Positions 17,645 through 30,653 of a stretch of DNA of 64,000 nt are shown piece by piece. The translations under genes were made by a program, and so were the position numbers. Origin of the DNA: an uncultured Planctomycetota bacterium (lineage in GTDB: Bacteria; Planctomycetota; Planctomycetia; Isosphaerales; Isosphaeraceae). The stretch covers positions 1 through 64,000 of the forward strand of contig CAWGMQ010000007.1 in assembly GCA_963823665.1 (NCBI GenBank), read 5' to 3'. Within the stretch, counting starts at the first letter, position 1. Every line of letters begins with the position of its first letter. The notes beneath the pieces are model-generated. The model worked only from the letters and a program-made list of their open reading frames with translations. It searched no databases and had not been told where the DNA came from.

Positions 17645-20600
17645 ATGGGCGCAGGCACCATGGACAGACGATTTTGTTGCACAAGTCTCAAACCGCGGCT
17701 CCTGGCGTGTGGTTTTGCCTCGGTGTTCCTACTCGCCTTCACGGCCGCTGGCTCGGCCGATGAGCCTGTCTCCTTTCAGAAGCTCGGCGCCGAGTTCTCT
17801 AGCGAGATCCGCCCGATCCTGAACGAAAGCTGCATGAAGTGCCACTCAACCGACGAGCAGAAGGGCACGCTTGACCTCGAGCAGTTTGCGAAGATCGACG
17901 ACGTGAGACGCTCGACCCGGACGTGGCTCAAAGTCGCGGAGATGCTCGACAACGGTGAAATGCCGCCCAAGGATGCGCCTCAGCCCACCCCCGCCCGGCG
18001 CACGCGGCTGCGGACATGGATCGCCGACTATCTACGGGCCGAGTCGATCGCGAGCGCCGGGGACCCCGGTCCGGTCGTCCTGCGCCGGTTGAGCAACGCG
18101 GAATATACCTACACACTGCTGGATCTCATCGGCGTCGACCTCCAGCCCGCCCGGGAGTTTCCCGGAGATAACGCCGCCGGCGAAGGATTCACGAACACCG
18201 GCAACGCCCTCGTGATGTCGCCTGCACTGCTCTCGAAATACCTCGATGCCGGCAAGAAGATCGCCAGCCACGCCGTGCTGTTGCCGGACGGCGTTCGGTT
18301 CTTGCCCGGCGCAACCCGCCGCGACTGGACCGACGAGATCCTGGCACGGATCCGCGGCTTTTACGCCAGGTTTACCACGAGCGGCGGCGGCACCAAGGTC
18401 AATCTGCAGGGAATCGTCTTCGGCACCAATGACGGCGGGCTCCTGCCCCTGGAAAAATACCTACGCGCCACGATCAAGCATCGCGAAGCCATCGCTTCGG
18501 GGACCACGAGCCTCGCAGACGTCGCCAGACAAGAAGACCTGAACGCGAAGTATCTCGGAATCGTCTGGTCGACGCTGCACGGCGCCGAGCGCTTGCCGAT
18601 CGTGGACGGCCTGCGGGCACGCTGGCGGGCGGCACGCGTGGACGACGTTCCCGCACTCGCCGCGGAGATCGCCGGATGGCAGAAGTCGCTCTGGCGGTTT
18701 ACCAGCGTCGGCCAGATCGGCAAGATCGGCGGCCCGAAGGCCTGGATGGAGCCGGTGAGCCCCCTCGCCGGCCGGCAGGAGCTCCGGCTCAAGATGCCGC
18801 CGAATAACTCCTCGAGCGGTGACGTTACCGTTTACCTCGTGGCCGGCGACTCCGGCGACGGCAACGAGCACGATCTGGTGGTATGGGATAAGCCGCGCCT
18901 GGTTGCGCCGGGACGGCCTGACCTGCTGTTGCGTGACGTGCGCGGGGTGGCCCATGAGCTCGCGGCCTTGCGCGGCCAAGCTTTTGCCGCCGCGGCCCGC
19001 TGCCTGGAAGCCGCCGCGTCCGCGGGCGCGGCAAACGGCCGCGTCGACCTGGGTGGGCTTGCCAAGCAGCACAGCGTCGACCCCCGGGTCCTAGCGGCCT
19101 GGCTCGACTATCTGGGCATCGGCACCGGCGGCGCAGGCGCCGTGGTCAAGATCGACACGCCGCTCAAAGCCCGGGTCGAAAACTCCTCGGGCTATGATTT
19201 CGTCAAGGGGTGGGCCACTCCGGGTCTGCCCTACATCGTCGCCAACTCGTCGAGCCAGCACGTGCGGATTCCCGGGAACTTGAAGCCCCACAGCGTGGCC
19301 GTGCACCCGACGCCCGCCTTGCGCGTGGCGGTCGGCTGGCGCAGCCACTCCAGTGCGTCGCAGCAAATCCGTGGCGAGGTGCAGCACGCGCATCCGGAGT
19401 GCGGCAACGGCGTGACCTGGTCGCTCGAATTGCGCGCGTGGCGCCGTGCGCCAGAAACTCGCGGCGGGGATCTCCCATGGCCCGAGCGTCGTGAGTGTCG
19501 GTCCGATCAAGGACGTCGCTGTTCAGCCCGGCGATCTGGTCTCGATCTTGATCGGCCCGCGCGACGGCAATCATGCGTGCGACCTGACCGCAGTCGACCT
19601 GACTCTCTCCGGCGGCGGCCGCGAATGGAACCTGGCCAAAGACGTGTCCCCGGATATCCTCGCCGGCAATCCCCATCCCGACGCACAGGGTAACAAGGAC
19701 GTCTGGCAGTTCTACAGCGAACCGGAAAAAGGGGGCGAAACCGACGCGGTGATCCCCGCCGGCTCGCTGCTGGCTCGCTGGCAATCGTCCGGCAGCGCCG
19801 AGGAGAAAAAACGGCTGGCAAACGCGATTCAGAAGTTGCTGACTTCCGGGCAGCCGCCAGGCAAAGAGGGCCCGGACAGGGCTCTTTATGACCAGCTCGC
19901 CTCGTTGCGGGGACCGCTGGTGAGCGCCTTTCACGTGAATGGGCCCGCGGCGGGGCAGCCGGCCGCCGCCCCGAGCACGCATGCCCCGGCGATCGGTCCC
20001 GACCCAGCTCTTTTCGGCCAGCAGCCCGGAGGTCCGGCAATCGACCGCGCCAGCATCGCCGTCAAGGCGCCCAGTACGCTCGCCATCCACCTTCCCGCGG
20101 ATCTGGTGGCCGGTTGCGAGTTCGTAACCGGGGGCATGCTCGAGCCGGCTTTTGGGGCCGAGGGCAGCGTGCAGTTGCAGGTGCGCACAAGTGGGGCAGG
20201 ATCTTTTCAGGGCGTTTCGCCCGAGCTGCCGATCCTCGTTCGTGACGGTTCCTCGGCGCGGCGGCGAGTCGAGTCGGCGTTCGAGACGATGCGGCAGGTT
20301 TTTCCGCCGGCCCTTTGCTACACCAAGATCGTGCCCGTGGACGAGGTCATCACGCTCACCCTTTTCTACCGCGAAGACAGCGTGCTCGAGCGGCTGATGC
20401 TCGACCAGTCGCAGCGCGCCGAGCTCGATCGGCTCTGGGCCGAGCTGCGTTACGTGAGCCAGGATGCGATCACGCTCGTCGACGCGTTCTTGCAGCTCCT
20501 CGAATACGCGTCACAGGATGCAGACCCCAAGGTCTTCGAGCCGATGCGCAAGCCGATCAATGACCGTGCGGCTGCCTTCCGCCGGCACCTCGTGGCGACC

Positions 20601-21925
20601 GAGCCCCGCCATCTCGACGCCGTGATCGCGCTCGCCGGCCGTGCCTTTCGCCGGCCGGTCCAGGCCGAGGAGGCAAACGAGCTGCGCGGGCTTTATCGCG
20701 AGCTCCGCGATGAAGAAATCCCCCATGATGAGGCCATCCGCCTCTTGATCGCCCGCGTGCTGGTCTCGCCCAGATTCCTGTACCGGCTCGAGAAACCGGC
20801 ACCAGGCGAGAAAGCCGCCCCGGTTGACAACTGGGAGCTCGCGACCCGGCTGAGCTATTTCCTCTGGTCGTCGATGCCCGATGAGACGCTGCGCGCGGCA
20901 GCCGAGTCCGGTCAGTTAGGGCGTCCGGAGGTGCTCCTGGCTCAAGCTCATCGGATGTGTCAGGACGGCCGCATTCGCCGGCTGGCAGCCGAATTCGCCT
21001 GCCAGTGGCTTCACATTTACGACTTCGAATCGCTGGATGAGAAGAGCGAGCGCCATTTCCCGACCTTCGCGAGTCTGCGCGGCCCGATGCACGAGGAAGC
21101 GGTTCTTTATTTCACAGACCTCTTCCAGCACGACGGCCCGGTGCTCTCGATCTTCGACGGCGATCATACGTTCTTGAATGAAGATCTGGCGAAGCATTAC
21201 GACATTCCTGGCGTCTCGGGTAGCGACTGGCGTCGCGTCGAGGGTGTGCGGAAATTTGGGCGCGGCGGAGTTCTCGCACTGGCCGCGACGCTCGCCAAGC
21301 AATCAGGCGCCTCGCGCACCAGCCCGATCTTGCGGGGCAACTGGGTCTCCGAGGTGCTGCTGGGCGAGCGGCTGCCGCGCCCGCCCAAGAACGTCCCGGT
21401 GCTGCCGGATGACGAGGCCGCTACCAAGGGGCTCACCATGCGGCAGCTTGTCGAAAAGCACACGAGCGACCCGCGCTGCGCGAGCTGCCACGTCGCGGAT
21501 CGACCCCATGGGTTTTGCCCTCGAGGCCTACGACGCGATCGGCCGCCGGCGCCAGCGCGACCTCGGAGACAGGCCGGTCGATACCGCATCGCGGCTCCGC
21601 GACGGCACGACGTTCGAGGGGCTCGAAGGCCTGCGGCAATACCTGGTCGACCGCGCGGCGAGACGCCGTGGTCCGCCAGTTCTGCCGCAAGCTGCTCGGC
21701 TACGCCCTGGGCCGCGGCATCCAGCTTTCCGATCTTCCGTTGCTGGAAGAAATGGAACGCAAGTTGAAACAGAACGACTATCGCTTCAGTGCCGCACTTG
21801 AAGCAGTCGTGGCCAGCCGTCAGTTCCGCGAGATCCGCGGCCGAGACGCGCTCAGGACGTCTGTCAGAAGGCTGTGTGCCCGACCTGCGATACGTCTTTT
21901 CCCAGCGCGAGGCATCGATCAATGA
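17645..21925 (+). CDS. planctomycete cytochrome c / DUF1587-DUF1592-DUF1588-DUF1585-type protein (frameshifted at ~19440, ~21495, ~21655)
   Basis: Signal peptide, CMKCH heme motif, [52 protein letters not shown]. Confidence 0.88.
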
Positions 21926-23240
21926 ACCAGACGAGCTTTTCCCGCCGGACGTTCCTGCGCGGCGCCGGCGTGACCATGGCGCTTCCCTGGATGGAATCGC
22001 TTCGGGTCTGGGGCGACGAGCCGGCGCCGCGACCGTCTCCGCCGGCTCGACCGACGCGCCCGTGCGGCTGGCGGTGCTCTTCTCCGGCAACGGTTTCCAC
22101 AGCCGCGAGTGGTGGGCGCGCGGCAGCGGCGCGAGCATGGAGCTCGGCCAGGTGCTCGCGCCGCTGGCCGACTTTCGCGAAAAGATGCTCTTCATCCGCG
22201 GCCTGTACAACGCCGAGGCCTTGAAGGGCAACATCCACAGCTCGCAGACCGGCAACCTCCTCTCGGGCGCACCGCTGGCCTCCGGCGGCGACATCCGCTC
22301 CGGCACGAGCTTCGACCAGTTGCTGGCGCAGCACGCACGGGCAGCTCGACCAAGGTGCCCAGCCTGGTTCTCGCCTGCGAGAAGTCGAATCCGTCGGTGC
22401 ACAAGAACTACTCGATGCTCTACAGCTCGCACATCTCGTGGACCTCGCCGACGACGCCCACGCCGCTCGAGCTCTACCCGGCGCTGGCCTTCGACCGGCT
22501 TTTCCGCGACGAGGCCAGAGCGCGGCGACAAGAGCGTGCTCGACGCGGTGCTCTCCGATGCCAGCGATTTCCGCCGCGCAATCAGCGCGAGCGATCAGCG
22601 CAAGCTCGACGAGTATCTCGATTCGGTGCGCGAAGTCGAGCAGCGGATCGACCGAGCCGGCCGCCGCGGCGAGCTGCAGGGCTTGCGGCCCACCCTCGAA
22701 CAAGCCCAACATCCCCCGCCCCGCCGACGGAATTCCCCAGGACATCGGCGAGCACATGCGGCTGATGTGCGACATCCTCGTGCTCGGCTTCCAGACCGAC
22801 ACCACCCGGATCTGCACGCTTGAAGCTCAACAACGATCATAGCTCGCTGCGCTTCCCGAACCTGGGCGTCGACTACATGATCCACCACCTCCTGTCGCAT
22901 TCCGACACCGCCGACTGGCTGAAGGTGAACCAGTTCTTCTTGACGCAGGTCGCCTACATCGCGCGCAAGCTCGACGCGATTCGCGAAGGCGAACGATCGG
23001 CGCTCGACAACTCGATGATCATGTTCTGCTCGAGCATGCTCACATGGCAACCACGACGCGACCCAGCTCCCGGTGATCGTCCTGGGCGGCGCCGGCGGCC
23101 GCTTGAAGGGCGGCCGCGTGCTCGACTATCTCGGCAAGCCCAACCGCAAGATGTGCAGCCTCTACCTCTCGCTGCTCGACAAGGCCGGACTGCATCTCAA
23201 CGAGTTCGGCGACTCGCGCGAGGCTCTGGCGGAAGTCTGA
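21922..23240 (+). CDS. DUF1552 (HXXSHH) family protein, several frameshifts
   Basis: [58 protein letters not shown]. Canonical partner of the upstream DUF1592 gene. Confidence 0.88.
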
Positions 23241-23361
23241 GTATCGTGGCTCAAATGCCTCGGGACGCAATCTTGGGTCACCGAGCACTCGTGCTTGCGT
23301 ATGCGCTCTTGTCGGGCAGTTCGGTGATCGAGCCTTCGAAAGTTCTGCGATTCACGATTGC

Positions 23362-24222
23362 ATGATGTGGCGCCGAAACGACATGAGCGACTCAATGTTT
23401 GGCCAGCAGCTCAGTTCGTTCCGAGTCGAGTCGTGGCTCGGCGCCGGCTCGCTCGCCGTCGTCTACCGAGGAGTCGACGAGACGACCGGTGAGCGTGTCG
23501 CGATCAAGGTCGCTGCGCAAGCCTGTGAAAGCGCCCCTCGCCGGCTGATGCACTCGTGCGAAATCCTCGCCCGCCTCGACCACGAGAACATTGTGCGTGT
23601 CCGCGAAGTGGGTTGCCATAATGGCAACTACTATCTCGTGATGGAATTCATTCCTGGTCCCACCGTCGCCGATGTGCGCGCCGAGCGCGGGGCCTTGCCC
23701 TGGCACGAGGTCGTCGGCTTGGGGCTTCAGATCTGCGCGGCCCTTGAACACATTCACCTGCGCGGCGTCTTGCATCGCAACCTCAAGCCTTCGCATCTCA
23801 TCCGGAACGAAGATGGCCGGCTCAAACTCGTGGGGTTCGGGCTGGCGGAATCACTCGGCGAAACGAGCCTCGCCGCCGAGGGAATGACAGTCGGTACCCC
23901 CGGATACATGGCCCCTGAGCAGATCTGCGGAACTCGTGCGATCGACCATCGGACCGACCTCTACTCCCTGGGAGTCGTGCTCTGGAATTTGCTCACCGGT
24001 GAGAGCCCTTACCAGGAGCCGGGCGAATCCGGTCTTCGGCGTGGAGGAGCGGCGCTGGCTTTCGCTCACTTGACCCAGCCCGTTCCTCGACCGAGCGAAC
24101 GAATCCAGCCCATTCCCGAGGCGCTCGATGATCTGGTCGTGCAGTTGATGGACCACGCCCCGGACGGGCGCCCGCGCGACGCCGCGGCGGTGGCGAGCGT
24201 GCTCTTGACGCTGTCGAATTAG
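23362..24222 (+). CDS. Ser/Thr protein kinase-like protein (probable pseudokinase)
   Basis: VAIK, GTPGYMAPEQ and DLYSLGV are present, but HRDxKxxN reads HRNLKPSH and DFG reads GFG. Confidence 0.85.
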   Translation: MMWRRNDMSDSMFGQQLSSFRVESWLGAGSLAVVYRGVDETTGERVAIKVAAQACESAPRRLMHSCEILARLDHENIVRVREVGCHNGNYYLVMEFIPGPTVADVRAERGALPWHEVVGLGLQICAALEHIHLRGVLHRNLKPSHLIRNEDGRLKLVGFGLAESLGETSLAAEGMTVGTPGYMAPEQICGTRAIDHRTDLYSLGVVLWNLLTGESPYQEPGESGLRRGGAALAFAHLTQPVPRPSERIQPIPEALDDLVVQLMDHAPDGRPRDAAAVASVLLTLSN

Positions 24223-24247
24223 GCAGCCAACAGTTTGAGAGGTCGGA

Positions 24248-25731
24248 ATGGGGGAATTGCGCGGGTCGCGAACGAGCTACGACGCCGTGATTGTGGGATC
24301 GGGTCCAAATGGGTTGGCGGCCGCAATTACGCTCGCTCGCGCGGGACATTCCGTGCTCTTGATCGAAGCGGAGGCGACCATCGGCGGTGGAACACGAACG
24401 GCCGCGCTCACGCTGCCCGGCTTCCTGCACGATGTCTGTTCGGCAGTGCATCCGTTTGCAGCCGCATCGCCTTTCTTCAAGACGCTCCCGCTCGCGCAGC
24501 ATGGGCTCGAGCTGGTGCATCCGCAAGCACCCTTGGCTCATCCGCTCGATGATGGAACGGTCGCCGTCCTGGAACGCTCGATCGTTGCGACCGGCGAGTC
24601 GCTCGCTCAGGATGCGAACGCCTATCGGCGGTTGATGGAGCCCCTCGCGGCACAGGCCGACATCCTCTTCGCCGAGTTGCTGGGTCCGCTCGCGTTTCCC
24701 CGGCATTTCCTCTCAGCAGCGCGATTCGGTCTGAAAGCGATCCAGCCCGCGACGATGCTCGGCGCCGGACATTCGCGGGTGCCCAGGCCCGCGCCCTCTT
24801 CGCTGGGCTCGCCGCGCACGCCATCTTGCCGCTCGAACGATGGTCCACATCGGCGGTCGGTCTCGTGCTCGGAATTGCCGGGCACACCGTAGGATGGCCG
24901 GTTGTACGTGGAGGGTCGCAACAGCTTGCGCAGAGTCTCGCGTCTTATTTTGCTTCGCTCGGTGGTAAAGTGGTCACGAACTGGCGGGTCGAATCAGTCG
25001 ATGAGCTACCCGAGGCGAAGGCCGTTCTTCTGGACCTCACGCCCAGGCAGTTGGCCCGGCTCGCCGGCCATCGGCTGCCCGGCGGGTACCTGCGCCGGCT
25101 GGGCCGTTACCGATACGGAATGGGGGTTTTCAAGCTCGACTGGGCGTTGAACGCTCCGATCCCCTGGCGCTCGGCGGCCTGTGCCCGGGCGGGAACGGTT
25201 CACCTCGGCGGGACGCTCGAGGAAATCGCCGCCAACGAGCGGGCGATCTTTCGAGGCGAGCACCCCGCCAGACCGTTCGTCCTGCTGTCGCAGCCGAGCC
25301 TATTCGACCCCACGCGCGCTCCGGCCGGCTGTCACACGGCCTGGGCCTATTGCCATGTGCCCAGTGGCTCGACCGCCGAGATGTCGACACGGATCGAAAG
25401 CCAGGTCGAACGCTTCGCGCCGGGCTTCCGCGACACGATCATCGCGCGGCACACGATGGCTCCGGCCGATTTTGAGTCGTACAACGAGAATTACATCGGC
25501 GGCGATATCAACGGAGGCTCGCAGGACATCCGCCAGCTCTTCACTCGCCCCGTGGCGCGGCTCGTCCCGTATTCAACACCATCGCCGGGTCTTTATCTCT
25601 GCTCATCATCAACCCCTCCCGGCGGAGGCGTGCACGGACTTTGCGGGTACCATGCAGCGCTCGCAGTGTTGCGACGGACTTTGAATTCTGGCCCCAAAAC
25701 CCAAGTTCCTTCTTCCGGCGCCTATCGATAA
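24248..25731 (+). CDS. FAD-dependent oxidoreductase, phytoene dehydrogenase-like (frameshift ~24780)
   Basis: YDAVIVGSGPNGLAAA, HDVCSAVHP, LYLCSSSTPPGGGVHGLCG. Confidence 0.88.
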
Positions 25732-25777
25732 GATTGTGGCGCATTCCCCAGTATTTCCGACAATCGTGGTGGTCACC

Positions 25778-27166
25778 GTGTCCCTTTCCATTCGCCGGAT
25801 CGACTGTTCGAGAGAAAACGCCAAGAGCGCCATCGCCGAGCTCCGGCGCGAGCTCAGCCCGCAGGGCGATATCGTCACTCCGGCGGGGCGTGCGCACGGT
25901 CGCGGCGTTCGGCGAGGCGCTTTCGCCGCAGCAGGTCGTCGAGCGGATCTGCTCGGATATTGCCGCCGGCGGCTCCGGCGCGATGATCGACTACTCCTGG
26001 CGAATCGACGGTGTGACCCTCGCGCCCGGTCAGTTCCGCGTTTCGCCGGACGAGCTGCGCGAAGCCCGCCTGTCGGCCGATCCGGCTTATCTCGAAACGG
26101 TCGCTCGCGTGCGGGGAAACATCCTGAGTTTTCAGCAGGCGATTCTCCATCGCGACACGATCCTCAATCCACGCGAGGGAATTCAGCTCGGCTTGTTGCA
26201 TCGGCCGCTCAAGCGCGTCGGCGTGTGTATTCCGGGCGGCGCCGCGGCCTACCCATCGACCGTGCTGATGACGGTCGTACCGGCGCAGGCCGCCGGCGTG
26301 CGCCGAGATCGCCGTCGTTGTCCCACCCACGTCCGTTCGGCGGTTTCAACACAGACCTCCTCGCCTGCTTCGACGCCCTCGGGGTAACGGAGGTCTACCG
26401 GATCGGCGGAGCACAAGGCGTCGCGTCTCTGGCGTACGGCCTGCCGGAGATCGGGCTCGCGCCGGTCGACAAGATCGTCGGGCCGGGAAACCTCTTCGTC
26501 GCCCTGGCCAAGCGGCACGTATATGGTACGGTCGACATCGACAGCATCGCCGGGCCCAGCGAGGTCGTGGTGATCGCCGACGGCTCAGCCTTTCCACGCT
26601 ATCTGGCCGCTGACCTGATCAGCCAGGCCGAGCATTCGCCCGGCGCCAGCATCCTGGTCACCTGGGAGAAAACCCTGCTGGACGAGGTCGCCGCCGCGCT
26701 CGAGGAGCAACTGGCAACACTGAGGCGGGGCGAGCTGGCTCGCGATAGTCTGGAATCGCTTCGGGGCGTTCATTCTGACGCGCGACGAGGACGAGGCGAT
26801 TTCGATCGCCAATCTGATCGCGCCCGAGCACCTGCACGTCTCGACGGCCGAACCCGAGCGACTGCTCCCGCGTCTCTATCATGCCGGCGCGATTTTCCTG
26901 GGCCACTTCACGCCGGTGGCCGCGGGTGATTACGCCGCCGGCCCGTCGCACGTGCTGCCGACCGGCGGCACGGCCCGATGGGCGTCGGGGCTCTCCGCAA
27001 ACGATTTCCTCAAACGATCAAGCTTGATTTCAAGCTCACACGCGGCGGGTTGCAAAGCCTGGCGCCGGACATCCGGTTGCTGGCCGATCGAGAAGGGCTC
27101 ACCGGCCACCGCCAGAGCGTCGATCTCCGGCTCGAGGACGACCGCCAACAAGGATCGATTTCATGA
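25778..27166 (+). CDS. hisD: histidinol dehydrogenase (multiple frameshifts)
   Basis: [65 protein letters not shown] across frames. Confidence 0.92.
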
Positions 27167-27190
27167 AGAACAGGGCCGACCAGGCAGACG

Positions 27191-27744
27191 ATGATCGAGC
27201 CACGCGCCGGTCCGCGCGATTTCACCATCCGGATGGCCGGTCCGGACGATGCCCCGACCATCGCGGCCTTGGTGCGTGAGCTCGCGGTGTTCGTGCAAGC
27301 ACGAAGATCACGCGAGGGCGGGCCCCGAAGACTTTCGCCGGCACCTGTTCGGTCCCAGACCCGCCGCCGAGGCGGCCCTGGCCGAGATAAACGGTCAGCC
27401 GGTCGGCTTTGCCCTCTGGTTTTCGACGTTCTCCACGTTCCGCGGCCAGCCGGGTCTGTACCTCGAAGACCTGTTCGTGCAAGACCGAGCACCGCAGCCG
27501 TGGAATCGGCAAAGCGCTCCTGGCCGTCCTGGCAGCTCAGGCCCTCGACCGCGGCTGCGGGCGCGTGGAGTGGTCCGTGCTCAAGTGGAACAAGGCCGCC
27601 CTCGGCTTTTATCGCTCACTCGGAGCTCAGGTCCTGGACGAGTACACGACGTGCCGGATCGACGAAGAGCCTCTGCGGAGATTGGCCGGGATGGCGAAGA
27701 AGAATTGCCGGCGCGTTTCTGAACGAGGCTCGAGCGATGAGTGA
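27191..27744 (+). CDS. GNAT N-acetyltransferase (diamine acetyltransferase-like), frameshifted
   Basis: IRMAGPDD..IAALVRELA, FSTFRGQPGLYLEDLFV, RSRGIGKALL, CGRVEWSVLKWN..ALGFYRSLGA. Confidence 0.85.
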
Positions 27745-28810
27745 GGATTTCGTTTCCATGACCCGCTTCGTTCTCCCCCATATCGCTCGGATGGCCGGTT
27801 ATGTGCCGGGCGAGCAGCCGCAGGGCGGCGGCTTCATCAAGCTCAACACGAATGAGAATCCCTACCCGCCGTCGCCGCGCGTCAAGGCCGCGCTTGCCGA
27901 AGCCATCGGCGATCGGCTGCGGCTCTATCCCGACCCGCTTTCAACCGTCTTTCGCCAGGCCGCCGCTCGCTTGCATGGGGTTACGCCCGAGATGGTCATG
28001 GCGGGCAACGGATCGGACGACCTGCTGACAATCCTCACCCGCGCGTTCGTCGGACCGGGCGACCTCGCCGCATTTCCCTCGCCGAGCTACTTGCTCTATT
28101 CCACCCTGGTCGCCCTTCAGGATGGCCGCTCGGTCGTGGTCCCCTACCAGAAGGACTGGAGCCTTGATTGGAACCCCGCGGCGTTCAAGGGCGTGAAGGT
28201 CTTCTGGCTCGCCAACCCCGATAGCCCCTCCGGAACGGCACTCGCCGCGCGACGAAGTCGCCCAACTCGCGCGTCATCTCGACTGCCCGCTCGTCGTCGA
28301 CGAGGCCTATGCCGATTTCGCCGACCCGCTGCGCCATTCGATTCCGCTCATCGAAAACCACGCGAATGTGATCGTCACCCGCTCGTTCAGCAAAGGGTAC
28401 GGGCTCGCTGGGATTCGCCTGGGCTACCTGGTCGCGCGTCCCGAGATCGTCGAACATCTGAACAAGATCAAAGACTCGTACAACTGCGACACGCTCAGCC
28501 AGGTCGCGGGAGTCGCGGCCCTATCTGACCAGGACCTACCTCGACGAGACCCGCTCGCCGGATCATCGCCACCCGCACGCGGCTCACGGGCGAGCTCCGT
28601 GCGATGGGTTACACCGTTGCCGAAAGCCAGTCCAATTTCGTCTGGGCCACGAATGGCCCCCCCGCCCGCGAGACTTTCCAGAAACTCAAGGATCGTAAGA
28701 TCCTGGTGCGGCTGATGACCTATCCCGGCTATCCCGATGGTCTGAGAATGACGATCGGCACCGACGCCGAGATCGACCACCTGCTTGAGGTTCTCAACCA
28801 GTTGAGCTGA
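27737..28810 (+). CDS. hisC: histidinol-phosphate aminotransferase (frameshifted)
   Basis: [43 protein letters not shown]. Confidence 0.92.
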
Positions 28811-28918
28811 GCGCTCCGCACAAGTTTCGTTACAATCGGGGCACTTGCATGGTCCGGTCAGTTTCGCCGGATCTCGAACTTGTGGGGCCGCAGTGCCGGA
28901 ACCGCGAGGACCTTGAAA

Positions 28919-29517
28919 TTGAGCTCCATTCCACGAGTCGCCGAAATTGTTCGTACGACTCGCGAGACCGATGTCCGGTTGAGGCTCGACCTGGACGGCG
29001 AGGGAAAGGCAGGAGTCGCCACGGGCATCGGTTTTCTGGACCACATGCTCGAGCTCTTTGCTCGGCATTCCCTCATGGACCTGACCATCGCCTGCACCGG
29101 CGACCTTCACGTCGACGGCCATCACACGACCGAGGATGTCGGAATCTGCCTGGGCCAGGCCGTCGACAGTGCGCTCGGCGACCGGTCGGGAATCAGACGC
29201 TATGGACACGCCGTCGTGCCCATGGACGAGGCGCTGGTGACCACCGCAATCGACCTATCCGGCCGCGCGTACTGGGTCTGGAACGTGACGATGCCTGCAC
29301 CCAAGATCGGCATCGTTCGACAGCGAGCTGGTCGCGGATTTCTGGCAGGCCGTCGTGCTCGCAGGCACGAATGAATCTGCACGTCAACCTGCACTACGGG
29401 CGGAACACCCATCACGTCGCCGAAGCGGTCTTCAAGTCGGCCGCCCGCGCCATTCGTGCCGCCGCCGAGCGTGATCCCCGGTGCACCGGAGTTCCCTCCA
29501 CCAAAGGCACGCTGTGA
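28919..29517 (+). CDS. hisB: imidazoleglycerol-phosphate dehydratase (frameshifted)
   Basis: [57 protein letters not shown]. Confidence 0.93.
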
Positions 29518-29563
29518 AAACCCTGCCTTCATATCCCTCCACCTCTGCGGAAGTTCCCCACTC

Positions 29564-30616
29564 ATGACAGAACCGGCCGAAGCATCCAGGCCTGAGCAAG
29601 CTCGTCAACGGATTGCTCGTGGCGCTGGCGTTCGCGCTCCTGGCGTTCGTGATCTGGAAAAACCGCGACGACATCAACCGCGTTTTCTCCCGGCCGCTCG
29701 ACTACCGTCTTTTCGCCGCGGGACTCTTGATCTACCTGTTCTCCGTCCTCCTGACTTTCGTCCGATGGTTCACGCTCGTCCGCGTGATCGAGCCCGATTT
29801 CAAGCTGAGCTCAACCGTGATCCTCGGCGCAATCGGCATGGTCTTCAACCTCGTGATTCCGGGGGGAGTCGGCGGTGATTTGATCAAGGCGTCTTACCTC
29901 GCCCGAATGCGAATCCGAAGAACGCAGGCAATCGCATCCATGGTGATCGACCGGATCCTCGGTCTGCTGGCCCTGTTCATACTGGCGGCTCTCGCGGGAG
30001 CACTTGCATGGCCGGGTTCGCCGCGAAACGTGCGTATCCTGGCCGCGCTCGTGTGGCTGGCGGTGCTCGCGGGCGTGCTCGTACTCGTCGCGATCTTCAC
30101 CAACGCCTTCAGCCGCATGTTCCCCCGCGCTTCGAGGAGCGGCTCAAAGTTCGGGCTGATCGTCTCGGAGCTTCGCGAGATGTCGACCACATATCGCAGT
30201 CGCCTCAAAGTCGTGTTCGGCTGCCTGACACTCTCGGTTCTCATCCATGCACTGAACGTCCTGGCTTTCTATTCGGTCGGCCGCATGCTCTATCCTCACA
30301 TGCCCACGACCCTGCGCCCAGCACTTCTCGATGGTTCCCTTGATCCTCTTCACCCTGGCAGTTCCCCTCCCATTTGGGGCGCCTGGGCTTCACCGAGTTA
30401 GTCGGCGGCCAACTCCTCAAGCTCGTGGGCCATCCGGACGGCGAGCTGGCCATGTTGGGGTTTCGCACCCTCATGTACGGCGTTGGGCTGATCTGCGCGT
30501 GCGTATACTTTGCGAAGCTTAAGGAGGTCAGGGAGCTGACCTTGGCCACTCGCGATCTCGAGGAAGAAAAGCCGCCAGCCGATCTCGACGGGCCTTCCAA
30601 CAACCCAACCGCATAA
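29564..30616 (+). CDS. lysylphosphatidylglycerol synthase TM / flippase-like membrane protein (frameshifted)
   Basis: RWFTLV, FNLVIPGGVGGDLIKA, IDRILGL; multiple TM helices. Confidence 0.8.
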
Positions 30617-30653
30617 TGATTGATTTTTTTCGCCCAGCTTCCGGTTACGGGGG

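Noticed and set aside
25778..29517. his genes as true pseudogenes or programmed frameshifts
   Set aside because: Similar indels occur throughout unrelated genes and the catalytic motifs are intact, so sequencing error is more parsimonious.
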